Positions 53,148 to 64,000 of a DNA stretch of 64,000 nt are shown here, in pieces. The stretch's first letter is position 1. Every line of letters begins with the position of its first letter. The notes beneath the pieces were generated by a model that was not told the DNA's origin, searched no databases, and was given only the letters and a program-made list of their open reading frames with translations. The position numbers and the translations under genes are program-made. Location of the stretch: assembly GCF_057098645.1 (NCBI RefSeq), contig NZ_CM169472.1, one strand, 5' to 3'.

Positions 53148-53837
53148 ATGCAACGGGAAACGGTCTGGTTAGTGGAAGATGAGCAAGGGATAGCCGACAC
53201 GCTGGTCTACATGTTGCAGCAGGAAGGTTTTGCCGTCGAGGTCTTTGAGCGAGGCTTGCCGGTGCTGGATAAAGCTCGCCAGCTGGTTCCCGACGTCATG
53301 ATTCTCGATGTTGGTTTGCCTGATATCAGCGGCTTTGAATTGTGCCGCCAGTTACTGGCGCTCCATCCGGCGTTACCTGTACTGTTCCTGACGGCCCGAA
53401 GTGAAGAGGTCGATCGCCTGCTTGGGCTGGAAATTGGCGCTGACGACTATGTGGCTAAACCGTTTTCACCCCGCGAAGTGTGCGCCAGGGTGCGCACCTT
53501 ACTGCGTCGGGTGAAGAAGTTCTCGTCGCCGTCTCCCGTCATCCGTATTGGTCATTTTGAATTGAATGAACCCGCGGCGCAGATCAGCTGGTTTGACACG
53601 CCATTAACGCTGACGCGGTATGAGTTTTTATTGCTGAAGACGTTACTCAAGTCGCCAGGCCGCGTCTGGTCCCGCCAGCAACTAATGGATAGCGTATGGG
53701 AAGATGCGCAGGACACCTACGATCGCACCGTCGATACCCACATTAAAACGTTGCGTGCCAAGCTGCGCGCCATCAACCCCGATCTTTCACCGATTAATAC
53801 TCATCGCGGCATGGGATATAGCCTGAGGGGCCTGTAA
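53148..53837 (+). CDS. creB: Response regulator CreB (OmpR family)
   Basis: 229 aa, receiver domain plus winged-helix domain. Confidence 0.95.
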   Translation: MQRETVWLVEDEQGIADTLVYMLQQEGFAVEVFERGLPVLDKARQLVPDVMILDVGLPDISGFELCRQLLALHPALPVLFLTARSEEVDRLLGLEIGADDYVAKPFSPREVCARVRTLLRRVKKFSSPSPVIRIGHFELNEPAAQISWFDTPLTLTRYEFLLLKTLLKSPGRVWSRQQLMDSVWEDAQDTYDRTVDTHIKTLRAKLRAINPDLSPINTHRGMGYSLRGL

Positions 53838-55261
53838 TGCGTATCGGCATGCGGTTGTTGCTGGGCTATTTTTTACTGGTGGCGGTGGCGGCCTGGTTCG
53901 TACTGGCTATTTTTGTCAAAGAAGTTAAACCGGGCGTGCGAAGAGCAACGGAGGGGACGCTGATCGACACCGCAACGTTGCTGGCGGAGCTGGCGCGTCC
54001 CGATTTGCTCTCTGGGGACCCAACGCATGGGCAACTGGCGCAGGCGTTTAATCAGCTACAACATCGCCCGTTTCGCGCCAATATCGGTGGCATTAACAAA
54101 GTGCGCAATGAATATCATGTCTATATGACCGATGCGCAGGGCAAAGTATTGTTCGATTCGGCAAATAAAGCCGTTGGGCAGGATTATTCGCGCTGGAATG
54201 ACGTCTGGCTAACGTTGCGTGGCCAGTATGGTGCGCGCAGCACGTTGCAAAATCCTGCCGATCCCGAAAGTTCGGTGATGTATGTTGCCGCGCCGATTAT
54301 GGACGGCTCGCGGCTTATTGGCGTTTTGAGCGTAGGCAAACCGAACGCGGCGATGGCTCCGGTCATTAAGCGCAGCGAGCGGCGAATTTTATGGGCCAGC
54401 GCCATTTTGCTGGGGATTGCACTGGTGATTGGCGCAGGCATGGTTTGGTGGATCAACCGCTCCATTGCCCGGCTCACTCGCTATGCCGATTCCGTCACTG
54501 ACAATAAGCCCGTTCCTCTTCCTGAACTCGGCAGTAGCGAGTTGCGTAAGCTTGCGCAGGCGCTGGAAAGTATGCGCGTGAAGCTGGAAGGGAAAAACTA
54601 TATTGAGCAGTATGTTTATGCGTTAACCCATGAGCTAAAAAGCCCACTGGCGGCGATTCGTGGCGCGGCGGAAATTTTACGCGAAGGTCCGCCGCCTGAA
54701 GTAGTGGCTCGTTTTACTGACAACATTCTGACGCAAAATGCGCGTATGCAGGCATTGGTAGAAACGTTACTACGCCAGGCAAGACTGGAGAATCGTCAGG
54801 AAGTCGTTCTGACTGCTGTTGATGTGGCGGCATTATTTCGCCGCGTCAGCGAAGCGCGCACCGTGCAGTTGGCAGAAAAAAACATCACTTTGCATGTTAT
54901 GCCTACTGAGGTTAACGTTGCTGCTGAACCGGCGTTACTGGAGCAGGCGCTGGGGAATTTACTGGATAACGCCATCGATTTTACCCCCGAGAGCGGTCGC
55001 ATAACGCTAAGCGCCGAAGTGGATCAGGAACTCGTCGCCCTTAAGGTGCTGGATACCGGTAGTGGTATTCCTGACTACGCGCTGTCACGTATTTTTGAAC
55101 GTTTTTACTCTTTGCCGCGTGCAAATGGGCAAAAAAGCAGCGGTCTGGGGTTGGCGTTTGTCAGTGAGGTCGCCCGTTTGTTTAACGGCGAAGTCACGCT
55201 GCGCAACGTGCAGGAAGGTGGCGTGCTGGCCTCGCTTCGACTTCACCGTCACTTCACATAG
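53837..55261 (+). CDS. creC: Sensor histidine kinase CreC
   Basis: 474 aa, two transmembrane segments, H-box HELKSPL, ATPase domain. Confidence 0.95.
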   Translation: MRIGMRLLLGYFLLVAVAAWFVLAIFVKEVKPGVRRATEGTLIDTATLLAELARPDLLSGDPTHGQLAQAFNQLQHRPFRANIGGINKVRNEYHVYMTDAQGKVLFDSANKAVGQDYSRWNDVWLTLRGQYGARSTLQNPADPESSVMYVAAPIMDGSRLIGVLSVGKPNAAMAPVIKRSERRILWASAILLGIALVIGAGMVWWINRSIARLTRYADSVTDNKPVPLPELGSSELRKLAQALESMRVKLEGKNYIEQYVYALTHELKSPLAAIRGAAEILREGPPPEVVARFTDNILTQNARMQALVETLLRQARLENRQEVVLTAVDVAALFRRVSEARTVQLAEKNITLHVMPTEVNVAAEPALLEQALGNLLDNAIDFTPESGRITLSAEVDQELVALKVLDTGSGIPDYALSRIFERFYSLPRANGQKSSGLGLAFVSEVARLFNGEVTLRNVQEGGVLASLRLHRHFT

Positions 55262-55318
55262 CTTCAAATTCTTCCCACATAGTCTTCGTATCCTGCTGCC
55301 ATTGCAAAGGAGAAGACT

Positions 55319-56671
55319 ATGTTGAAATCCCCCCTGTTCTGGAAAATGACCACCCTGTTTGGTGCAGTATTGCTGTTGTTGATTCCGATAATGCTGATTC
55401 GGCAGGTGATTGTCGAACGTGCCGATTACCGTAGCGATGTGGAAGATGCGATTCGCCAAAGTACCAGCGGGCCGCAAAAACTCGTTGGGCCGCTCATCGC
55501 TATTCCTGTGACCGAGCTTTATACGGTGCAGGAAGAGGATAAAACCGTGGAGCGGAAACGAAATTTTATCCATTTTTGGTTACCTGAGTCATTGATGGTT
55601 GATGGCAATCAGAACGTGGAAGAACGTAAGATAGGGATTTATACCGGTCAGGTCTGGCACAGTGATTTAACGCTAAAAGCCGATTTCGATGTTTCGCGTC
55701 TTAGCGAACTCGACGCGCCAAATATCACCTTTGGCAAGCCATTTATTGTGATTAGCGTCGGGGATGCGCGTGGTATTGGTGTGGTGAAAGCGCCTGAAGT
55801 TAACGGAACGGCGCTGACCATTGAACCCGGCACCGGGTTAGAGCAAGGCGGGCAGGGCGTGCATATCCCTTTACCCGAAGGGGACTGGCGCAAGCAGAAC
55901 CTGAAGCTGAATATGGCACTGAATTTAAGCGGTACCGGCGATCTTTCTGTGGTGCCTGCGGGGCGTAATAGCGAAATGACCTTAACCAGCAACTGGCCGC
56001 ATCCCAGTTTTTTAGGTGATTTTCTACCAGCCAAACGGGAAGTTAGTGAGTCAGGTTTTCAGGCGCAATGGCAAAGCAGCTGGTTTGCTAATAATCTCGG
56101 TGAGCGTTTTGCTTCAGGCAATGATACCGGCTGGGAAAACTTCCCCGCGTTTAGCGTCGCAGTGACGACGCCAGCCGATCAATACCAATTAACTGACCGG
56201 GCGACTAAGTATGCCATTCTGCTGATTGCGCTGACTTTTATGGCGTTCTTTGTTTTTGAAACGCTCACCGCGCAACGCTTACACCCAATGCAATATTTGC
56301 TGGTGGGGCTTTCATTGGTGATGTTTTATTTGCTCTTGCTGGCGCTTTCTGAACATACCGGTTTTACCGTGGCATGGATAATCGCCAGTCTGATTGGGGC
56401 GTTAATGAACGGTATTTATTTGCAGGCGGTATTGAAAGGTTGGCGCAACAGCATGTTGTTTACCCTCGCGCTGTTGTTGCTGGATGGTGTGATGTGGGGA
56501 CTGCTCAACTCTGCCGATAGCGCGCTGTTGTTGGGAACCAGTGTGCTGGTGGTGGCGCTGGCCGGCATGATGTTTGTGACCCGTAATATCGACTGGTATG
56601 CGTTTTCACTGCCGAAAATGAAAGCCAGTAAAGACGTTACAACGGACGATCAATTACGTATCTGGAAATAA
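55319..56671 (+). CDS. creD: Inner membrane protein CreD
   Basis: 450 aa polytopic membrane protein. Confidence 0.9.
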   Translation: MLKSPLFWKMTTLFGAVLLLLIPIMLIRQVIVERADYRSDVEDAIRQSTSGPQKLVGPLIAIPVTELYTVQEEDKTVERKRNFIHFWLPESLMVDGNQNVEERKIGIYTGQVWHSDLTLKADFDVSRLSELDAPNITFGKPFIVISVGDARGIGVVKAPEVNGTALTIEPGTGLEQGGQGVHIPLPEGDWRKQNLKLNMALNLSGTGDLSVVPAGRNSEMTLTSNWPHPSFLGDFLPAKREVSESGFQAQWQSSWFANNLGERFASGNDTGWENFPAFSVAVTTPADQYQLTDRATKYAILLIALTFMAFFVFETLTAQRLHPMQYLLVGLSLVMFYLLLLALSEHTGFTVAWIIASLIGALMNGIYLQAVLKGWRNSMLFTLALLLLDGVMWGLLNSADSALLLGTSVLVVALAGMMFVTRNIDWYAFSLPKMKASKDVTTDDQLRIWK

Positions 56672-56676
56672 GGTTG

Positions 56677-56713
56677 AAAAATAAAAACGGCGCTAAAAAG
56701 CGCCGTTTTTTTT
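56677..56713. terminator. Bidirectional terminator between creD and arcA
   Basis: A-run, then AACGGCGC-TAAAAA-GCGCCGTT, then T-run. Confidence 0.8.
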
Positions 56714-56730
56714 GACGGTGGTAAAGCCGA

Positions 56731-57447
56731 TTAATCTTCCAGATCACCGCAGAAGCGATAACCTTCACCGTGAATGGTGGCGATGATTTCCGGCGTATCC
56801 GGCGTAGATTCGAAATGTTTACGAATACGGCGGATCGTCACGTCTACAGTACGGTCGTGCGGTTTCAGCTCACGGCCGGTCATTTTCTTCAGCAGTTCAG
56901 CACGGGACTGAATTTTGCCTGGGTTTTCACAGAAGTGAAGCATGGCGCGGAACTCGCTGCGCGGCAGCTTGTACTGCTCGCCATCAGGGCCGATCAATGA
57001 ACGGCTGTTGATGTCCAGTTCCCAACCATTGAACTTGTAGCTTTCAACGCTACGACGTTCTTCGCTGACAGTACCCAGATTCATGGTACGGGACAGCAGG
57101 TTGCGTGCACGAATCGTCAGTTCACGCGGGTTGAACGGTTTGGTGATGTAGTCATCTGCACCGATTTCGAGGCCGAGAATTTTATCGACTTCGTTGTCAC
57201 GGCCAGTCAGGAACATCAACGCAACATTCGCCTGCTCGCGCAGTTCACGCGCTAACAGAAGACCGTTCTTACCCGGCAGATTGATATCCATGATCACCAG
57301 GTTGATGTCATATTCAGAGAGGATCTGATGCATTTCCGCGCCATCTGTCGCTTCGAAAACATCATAGCCTTCCGCTTCGAAAATACTTTTCAACGTGTTG
57401 CGTGTTACCAACTCGTCTTCAACGATAAGAATGTGCGGGGTCTGCAT
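56731..57447 (-). CDS. arcA: Aerobic respiration control response regulator ArcA
   Basis: 238 aa, full-length match to ArcA as I recall it ([20 protein letters not shown]). Confidence 0.95.
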
Positions 57448-57542
57448 GTTTGCTACCTAAATTGCCAACTAAATCGAAACAGGAAGTACAAAAGTCCCTG
57501 ACCTGCCTGATGCATGCTGCAAATTAACATGATCGGCGTAAC

Positions 57543-57683
57543 ATGACTAAAGTACGTAATTGCGTTCTTGATGCACTTTCCATCAACGTCAACAACATCA
57601 TTAGCTTGGTCGTGGGTACTTTCCCTCAGGACCCGACAGTGTCAAAAACGGCTGTCATCCTAACCATTTTAACAGCAACATAA
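57543..57683 (+). CDS. yjjY: Small ORF YjjY (46 aa)
   Basis: MTKVRNCVLDALSINVNNIISLVVGTFPQDPTVSKTAVILTILTAT, at the K-12 position 95 bp from the arcA start. Whether it is expressed is uncertain. Confidence 0.45.
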   Translation: MTKVRNCVLDALSINVNNIISLVVGTFPQDPTVSKTAVILTILTAT

Positions 57684-58082
57684 CAGGCTAAGAGGGGCCG
57701 GACACCCAATAAAACTACGCTTCGTTGACATATATCAAGTTCAATTGTAGCACGTTAACAGTTTGATGAAATCATCGTATCTAAATGCTAGCTTTCGTCA
57801 CATTATTTTAATAATCCAACTAGTTGCATCATACAACTAATAAACGTGGTGAATCCAATTGTCGAGATTTATTTTTTATAAAATTATCCTAAGTAAACAG
57901 AAGGATATGTAGCATTTTTTAACAATTCAACCGTTAGTACAGTCAGGAAATAGTTTAGCCTTTTTTAAGCTAAGTAAAGGGCTTTTTCTGCGACTTACGT
58001 TAAGAATTTGTAAATTCGCACCGCGTAATAAGTTGACAGTGATCACCCTGTTCGCGGTCATTTGGTCAAGAAGAGTGGCAAT

Positions 58083-58769
58083 ATGCGTATAACGATTATT
58101 CTGGTCGCACCCGCCAGAGCAGAAAATATTGGGGCAGCGGCGCGGGCAATGAAAACGATGGGGTTTAGCGAACTGCGGATTGTCGATAGTCAGGCACATC
58201 TGGAGCCAGCCACCCGCTGGGTCGCACATGGATCTGGTGATATTATTGATAATATTAAAGTTTTCCCGACGCTGGCTGAATCGTTACACGATGTCGATTT
58301 CACTGTCGCCACCACTGCGCGCAGTCGGGCGAAATATCATTACTACGCTACGCCAGTTGAACTGGTGCCGCTGTTAGAGGAAAAATCTTCATGGATGAGC
58401 CATGCCGCGCTGGTGTTTGGTCGCGAAGATTCCGGGTTGACTAACGAAGAGTTAGCGTTGGCTGACGTTCTTACTGGTGTGCCGATGGTGGCGGATTATC
58501 CTTCGCTCAATCTGGGGCAGGCGGTGATGGTCTATTGCTATCAATTAGCAACATTAATACAACAACCGACGAAAAGTGACACAACGGCAGACCAACATCA
58601 ACTGCAAGCTTTACGCGAACGAGCCATGGCATTGCTGACGACTCTGGCAGTGGCAGATGACATAAAACTGGTCGACTGGTTACAACAACGCCTGGGGCTT
58701 TTAGAGCAACGAGACACGGCAATGTTGCACCGTTTGCTGCATGATATTGAAAAAAATATCACCAAATAA
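58083..58769 (+). CDS. lasT: SpoU-family RNA methyltransferase LasT (YjtD)
   Basis: 228 aa from MRITIILVAPARAENIGAAARAMKTMGF. The ORF-track start at 58062 is an extension. Confidence 0.85.
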   Translation: MRITIILVAPARAENIGAAARAMKTMGFSELRIVDSQAHLEPATRWVAHGSGDIIDNIKVFPTLAESLHDVDFTVATTARSRAKYHYYATPVELVPLLEEKSSWMSHAALVFGREDSGLTNEELALADVLTGVPMVADYPSLNLGQAVMVYCYQLATLIQQPTKSDTTADQHQLQALRERAMALLTTLAVADDIKLVDWLQQRLGLLEQRDTAMLHRLLHDIEKNITK

Positions 58770-58979
58770 AAAACGCCTTAGTAAGTATTTTTCAGCTTTT
58801 CATTCTGACTGCAACGGGCAATATGTCTCTGTGTGGATTAAAAAAAGAGTCTCTGACAGCAGCTTCTGAACTGGTTACCTGCCGTGAGTAAATTAAAATT
58901 TTATTGACTTAGGTCACTAAATACTTTAACCAATATAGGCATAGCGCACAGACAGATAAAAATTACAGAGTACACAACA

Positions 58980-59048
<69 letters not shown>

Positions 59049-59072
59049 CGCGTACAGGAAACACAGAAAAAA

Positions 59073-59103
59073 GCCCGCACCTGACAGTGCGGGCTTTTTT
59101 TTC
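59073..59103 (+). terminator. thr attenuator terminator
   Basis: AGCCCGCA-CCTGACAG-TGCGGGCT followed by TTTTTTT, just upstream of thrA. Confidence 0.85.
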
Positions 59104-59128
59104 GACCAAAGGTAACGAGGTAACAACC

Positions 59129-61591
59129 ATGCGAGTGTTGAAGTTCGGCGGTACATCAGTAGCAAATGCAGAACGTTTTCTGCGGGTTGCCGATATTCTG
59201 GAAAGCAATGCCAGGCAGGGGCAGGTGGCCACCGTCCTCTCTGCCCCCGCCAAAATAACCAACCACCTGGTGGCGATGATTGAAAAAACCATTAGCGGCC
59301 AGGATGCTTTACCCAATATCAGCGATGCCGAACGTATTTTTGCCGAACTTTTGACGGGACTCGCCGCCGCCCAGCCGGGGTTCCCGCTGGCGCAATTGAA
59401 AACTTTCGTCGACCAGGAATTTGCCCAAATAAAACATGTCCTGCATGGCATTAGTTTGTTAGGGCAGTGCCCGGATAGCATTAACGCTGCGCTGATTTGC
59501 CGTGGCGAGAAAATGTCGATCGCCATTATGGCCGGCGTGTTAGAAGCGCGTGGTCACAACGTTACCGTTATCGATCCGGTCGAAAAACTACTGGCAGTGG
59601 GGCATTACCTCGAATCTACCGTCGATATTGCTGAGTCCACCCGCCGTATTGCGGCAAGTCGTATTCCGGCTGATCACATGGTGCTGATGGCAGGTTTCAC
59701 CGCCGGTAATGAAAAAGGCGAACTGGTGGTGCTTGGACGCAACGGTTCCGACTACTCCGCGGCGGTTCTGGCTGCCTGTTTACGCGCCGATTGTTGCGAG
59801 ATTTGGACGGACGTTGACGGGGTCTATACCTGCGACCCGCGTCAGGTGCCCGATGCGAGGTTGTTGAAGTCGATGTCCTACCAGGAAGCGATGGAGCTTT
59901 CCTACTTCGGCGCTAAAGTTCTTCACCCCCGCACCATTACCCCCATCGCCCAGTTCCAGATCCCTTGCCTGATTAAAAATACCGGAAATCCTCAAGCACC
60001 AGGTACGCTAATTGGTGCCAGCCGTGATGAAGACGAATTACCGGTCAAGGGCATTTCCAATCTGAATAACATGGCAATGTTCAGCGTTTCCGGCCCGGGG
60101 ATGAAAGGAATGGTCGGCATGGCGGCGCGCGTCTTTGCTGCAATGTCACGCGCCCGTATTTCCGTGGTGCTGATTACGCAATCATCTTCCGAATACAGTA
60201 TCAGTTTCTGCGTTCCGCAAAGCGACTGTGTGCGAGCTGAACGGGCAATGCAGGAAGAGTTCTACCTGGAACTGAAAGAAGGCTTACTGGAGCCGCTGGC
60301 GGTGACGGAACGGCTGGCCATTATCTCGGTGGTAGGTGATGGTATGCGCACCTTGCGTGGGATCTCGGCGAAATTCTTTGCCGCGCTGGCCCGCGCCAAT
60401 ATCAACATTGTCGCCATTGCTCAGGGATCTTCTGAACGCTCAATCTCTGTCGTGGTAAATAACGATGATGCGACCACTGGCGTGCGCGTTACTCATCAGA
60501 TGCTGTTCAATACGGATCAGGTTATCGAAGTGTTTGTGATTGGCGTCGGTGGCGTTGGCGGTGCGCTGCTGGAGCAACTGAAGCGTCAACAAAGCTGGCT
60601 GAAGAATAAACATATCGACTTACGTGTCTGCGGCGTTGCTAACTCGAAGGCTCTGCTCACCAATGTGCATGGCCTAAATCTGGAAAACTGGCAGGAAGAA
60701 CTGGCGCAAGCCAAAGAGCCGTTTAATCTCGGGCGCTTAATTCGCCTCGTGAAAGAATATCATCTGCTGAACCCGGTCATTGTTGACTGCACCTCCAGCC
60801 AGGCAGTGGCGGATCAATATGCCGACTTCCTGCGCGAAGGTTTCCACGTTGTCACGCCGAACAAAAAGGCCAACACCTCGTCGATGGATTACTACCATCT
60901 GTTGCGTCATGCGGCGGAAAAATCGCGGCGTAAATTCCTCTATGACACCAACGTTGGGGCTGGATTACCGGTTATTGAGAACCTGCAAAATCTGCTCAAT
61001 GCTGGTGATGAATTGATGAAGTTCTCCGGCATTCTTTCAGGTTCGCTTTCTTATATCTTCGGCAAGTTAGACGAAGGCATGAGTTTCTCCGAGGCGACTA
61101 CGCTGGCGCGGGAAATGGGTTATACCGAACCGGATCCGCGAGATGATCTTTCTGGTATGGATGTAGCGCGTAAACTATTGATTCTCGCTCGTGAAACGGG
61201 ACGTGAACTGGAGCTGGCGGATATTGAAATTGAACCAGTGCTGCCCGCAGAGTTTAACGCCGAGGGTGATGTTGCCGCTTTTATGGCGAATCTGTCACAG
61301 CTCGACGATCTCTTTGCCGCGCGCGTGGCGAAGGCCCGTGATGAAGGAAAAGTTTTGCGCTATGTTGGCAATATTGATGAAGATGGCGTCTGCCGCGTGA
61401 AGATTGCCGAAGTGGATGGTAATGATCCGCTGTTCAAAGTGAAAAATGGCGAAAACGCCCTGGCCTTCTATAGCCACTATTATCAGCCGCTGCCGTTGGT
61501 GCTGCGCGGATATGGTGCGGGCAATGACGTTACCGCTGCCGGTGTCTTTGCCGATCTGCTACGTACCCTCTCATGGAAGTTAGGAGTCTGA
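59129..61591 (+). CDS. thrA: Bifunctional aspartokinase I / homoserine dehydrogenase I
   Basis: 820 aa from [23 protein letters not shown]. The ORF-track start at 59087 is an extension. Confidence 0.97.
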
Positions 61592-61592
61592 C

Positions 61593-62525
61593 ATGGTTAA
61601 AGTTTATGCCCCGGCTTCCAGTGCCAATATGAGCGTCGGGTTTGATGTGCTCGGGGCGGCGGTGACACCCGTTGATGGTGCATTGCTCGGAGATGTAGTC
61701 ACGGTTGAGGCGGCAGAGACATTCAGTCTCAACAACCTAGGACGCTTTGCCGATAAGCTGCCGTCAGAACCACGGGAAAATATCGTTTATCAGTGCTGGG
61801 AGCGTTTTTGCCAGGAGCTTGGGAAGCAAATTCCAGTGGCGATGACTCTGGAAAAGAATATGCCGATCGGTTCGGGCTTAGGCTCCAGCGCCTGTTCGGT
61901 GGTCGCGGCGCTGATGGCGATGAATGAACACTGTGGCAAGCCGCTTAATGACACTCGTTTGCTGGCTTTGATGGGCGAGCTGGAAGGACGAATCTCCGGC
62001 AGCATACATTACGACAACGTGGCACCGTGTTTTCTTGGTGGTATGCAGTTGATGATCGAAGAAAACGACATCATCAGCCAGCAAGTGCCAGGGTTTGATG
62101 AGTGGCTGTGGGTGCTGGCGTATCCGGGGATTAAAGTCTCGACGGCAGAAGCCCGGGCTATTTTACCGGCGCAGTATCGCCGCCAGGATTGCATTGCGCA
62201 CGGGCGACATCTGGCAGGCTTCATTCACGCCTGCTATTCCCGTCAGCCTGAGCTTGCCGCGAAGCTGATGAAAGATGTTATCGCAGAACCCTACCGTGAA
62301 CGGTTACTGCCTGGCTTCCGGCAGGCGCGGCAGGCGGTCGCGGAAATCGGCGCGGTAGCGAGCGGTATCTCCGGCTCCGGCCCGACCTTGTTCGCGCTGT
62401 GTGACAAGCCGGATACCGCCCAGCGCGTTGCCGACTGGTTGGGTAAGAACTACCTGCAAAATCAGGAAGGTTTTGTTCATATTTGCCGGCTGGATACGGC
62501 GGGCGCACGAGTACTGGAAAACTAA
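61593..62525 (+). CDS. thrB: Homoserine kinase
   Basis: 310 aa, GHMP kinase motif [10 protein letters not shown]. Confidence 0.97.
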
Positions 62526-63812
62526 ATGAAACTCTACAATCTTAAAGATCACAATGAGCAGGTCAGCTTTGCGCAAGCCGTAACCCAGGGGTTGGGCAAA
62601 AATCAGGGGCTGTTTTTTCCGCACGACCTGCCGGAATTCAGCCTGACTGAAATTGATGAGATGCTGAAGCTGGATTTTGTCACCCGCAGTGCGAAGATCC
62701 TCTCGGCGTTTATTGGTGATGAAATCCCGCAGGAAATCCTGGAAGAGCGCGTGCGCGCGGCGTTTGCCTTCCCGGCTCCGGTCGCCAATGTTGAAAGCGA
62801 TGTCGGTTGTCTGGAATTGTTCCACGGGCCAACGCTGGCATTTAAAGATTTCGGCGGTCGCTTTATGGCACAAATGCTGACCCATATTGCGGGCGATAAG
62901 CCAGTGACCATTCTGACCGCGACCTCCGGTGATACCGGAGCGGCAGTGGCTCATGCTTTCTACGGTTTACCGAATGTGAAAGTGGTTATCCTCTATCCAC
63001 GAGGCAAAATCAGTCCACTGCAAGAAAAACTGTTCTGTACATTGGGCGGCAATATCGAAACTGTTGCCATCGACGGCGATTTCGATGCCTGTCAGGCGCT
63101 GGTGAAGCAGGCGTTTGATGATGAAGAGCTGAAAGTGGCGCTGGGGTTAAACTCAGCTAACTCGATTAACATCAGCCGGTTGCTGGCGCAGATTTGCTAC
63201 TACTTTGAAGCAGTTGCGCAGCTGCCGCAGGAAGCGCGCAACCAGCTGGTTGTCTCGGTGCCAAGCGGAAACTTCGGCGATTTGACGGCGGGTCTGCTGG
63301 CGAAGTCACTCGGTCTGCCGGTGAAACGTTTTATTGCTGCGACCAACGTGAACGATACCGTGCCACGTTTCCTGCATGACGGTCAGTGGTCACCCAAAGC
63401 GACTCAGGCGACGTTATCCAACGCGATGGACGTGAGTCAGCCGAACAACTGGCCGCGTGTGGAAGAGTTGTTCCGCCGCAAAATCTGGCAACTGAAAGAG
63501 CTGGGTTATGCAGCCGTGGATGATGAAACCACGCAACAGACAATACGTGAGTTAAAAGAACTGGGCTACACTTCGGAGCCGCACGCTGCCGTAGCGTATC
63601 GTGCGCTGCGTGACCAGTTGAATCCAGGCGAATATGGCTTGTTCCTCGGCACCGCGCATCCGGCGAAATTTAAAGAGAGCGTGGAAGCGATTCTCGGTGA
63701 AACGTTGGATCTGCCAAAAGAGCTGGCAGAACGTGCCGATTTACCCTTGCTTTCGCATAATCTGCCCGCCGATTTTGCTGCGTTGCGTAAATTGATGATG
63801 AATCATCAGTAA
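62526..63812 (+). CDS. thrC: Threonine synthase
   Basis: 428 aa, PLP enzyme (FHGPTLAFKD). Confidence 0.97.
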   Translation: MKLYNLKDHNEQVSFAQAVTQGLGKNQGLFFPHDLPEFSLTEIDEMLKLDFVTRSAKILSAFIGDEIPQEILEERVRAAFAFPAPVANVESDVGCLELFHGPTLAFKDFGGRFMAQMLTHIAGDKPVTILTATSGDTGAAVAHAFYGLPNVKVVILYPRGKISPLQEKLFCTLGGNIETVAIDGDFDACQALVKQAFDDEELKVALGLNSANSINISRLLAQICYYFEAVAQLPQEARNQLVVSVPSGNFGDLTAGLLAKSLGLPVKRFIAATNVNDTVPRFLHDGQWSPKATQATLSNAMDVSQPNNWPRVEELFRRKIWQLKELGYAAVDDETTQQTIRELKELGYTSEPHAAVAYRALRDQLNPGEYGLFLGTAHPAKFKESVEAILGETLDLPKELAERADLPLLSHNLPADFAALRKLMMNHQ

Positions 63813-63835
63813 CATCTATTCATTATCTCAATCAG

Positions 63836-63868
63836 GCCGGGTTTGCTTTTATGCAGCCCGGCTTTTTT
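63836..63868 (+). terminator. thr operon terminator
   Basis: GCCGGG ... CCCGGC stem followed by TTTTTT, after the thrC stop. Confidence 0.7.
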
Positions 63869-64000
63869 GTGAAGAAAATATGGAGAGAAACGACAGGGAA
63901 AAAGGAGAAATTCTCAATAAATGCGGTAACTTAGAGATTAGGATTGCGGAGAATAACAACCGCCGTTCTCATCGCGTAATCTCCGGATATCGACCCATAA

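Noticed and set aside
62304-62954. 216-aa minus-strand ORF overlapping thrB and thrC
   Set aside because: Antisense to two confidently assigned core genes.

Overview
The window reads as an Escherichia coli K-12-like chromosome segment (prfC through thrABC, running across the conventional coordinate origin at lasT/thrL) with the right arm of a lambda-like prophage occupying positions 1 to about 23,650. The prophage portion holds a head module that is not lambda's (GpA-family large terminase, W-like protein, portal, one ORF joining a ClpP-like protease to a major capsid domain) followed by a tail module that I recognise as close to lambda Z-U-V-G/T-H-M-L-K-I-J-lom-stf-tfa. After tfa comes a low-GC arm with an orphan small ORF, a decayed second tfa 3' end and a DinI-like gene behind two LexA boxes, and then prfC, whose first codons differ from the K-12 sequence as I recall it. 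The rest is core chromosome: osmY, ytjA, yjjUV, yjjWI, deoCABD, lplA, ytjB, serB, radA, nadR, ettA, slt, trpR, yjjX, gpmB, rob, creABCD, arcA, yjjY, lasT, thrLABC. Two loci differ from K-12 as I remember it: a small HTH gene sits where yjjJ would be, and about 4.3 kb of extra DNA lies between nadR and ettA (LysR regulator divergent from an aldo-keto reductase / SDR / SRPBCC / DUF1471 set, plus a truncated Old Yellow Enzyme fragment). I found no CRISPR array, tRNA, IS element or recognisable defence system. The most interesting items are the prophage-prfC junction, the SOS-wired DinI-like moron and the two accessory loci. All homology statements are from memory of protein families; no searches were run.
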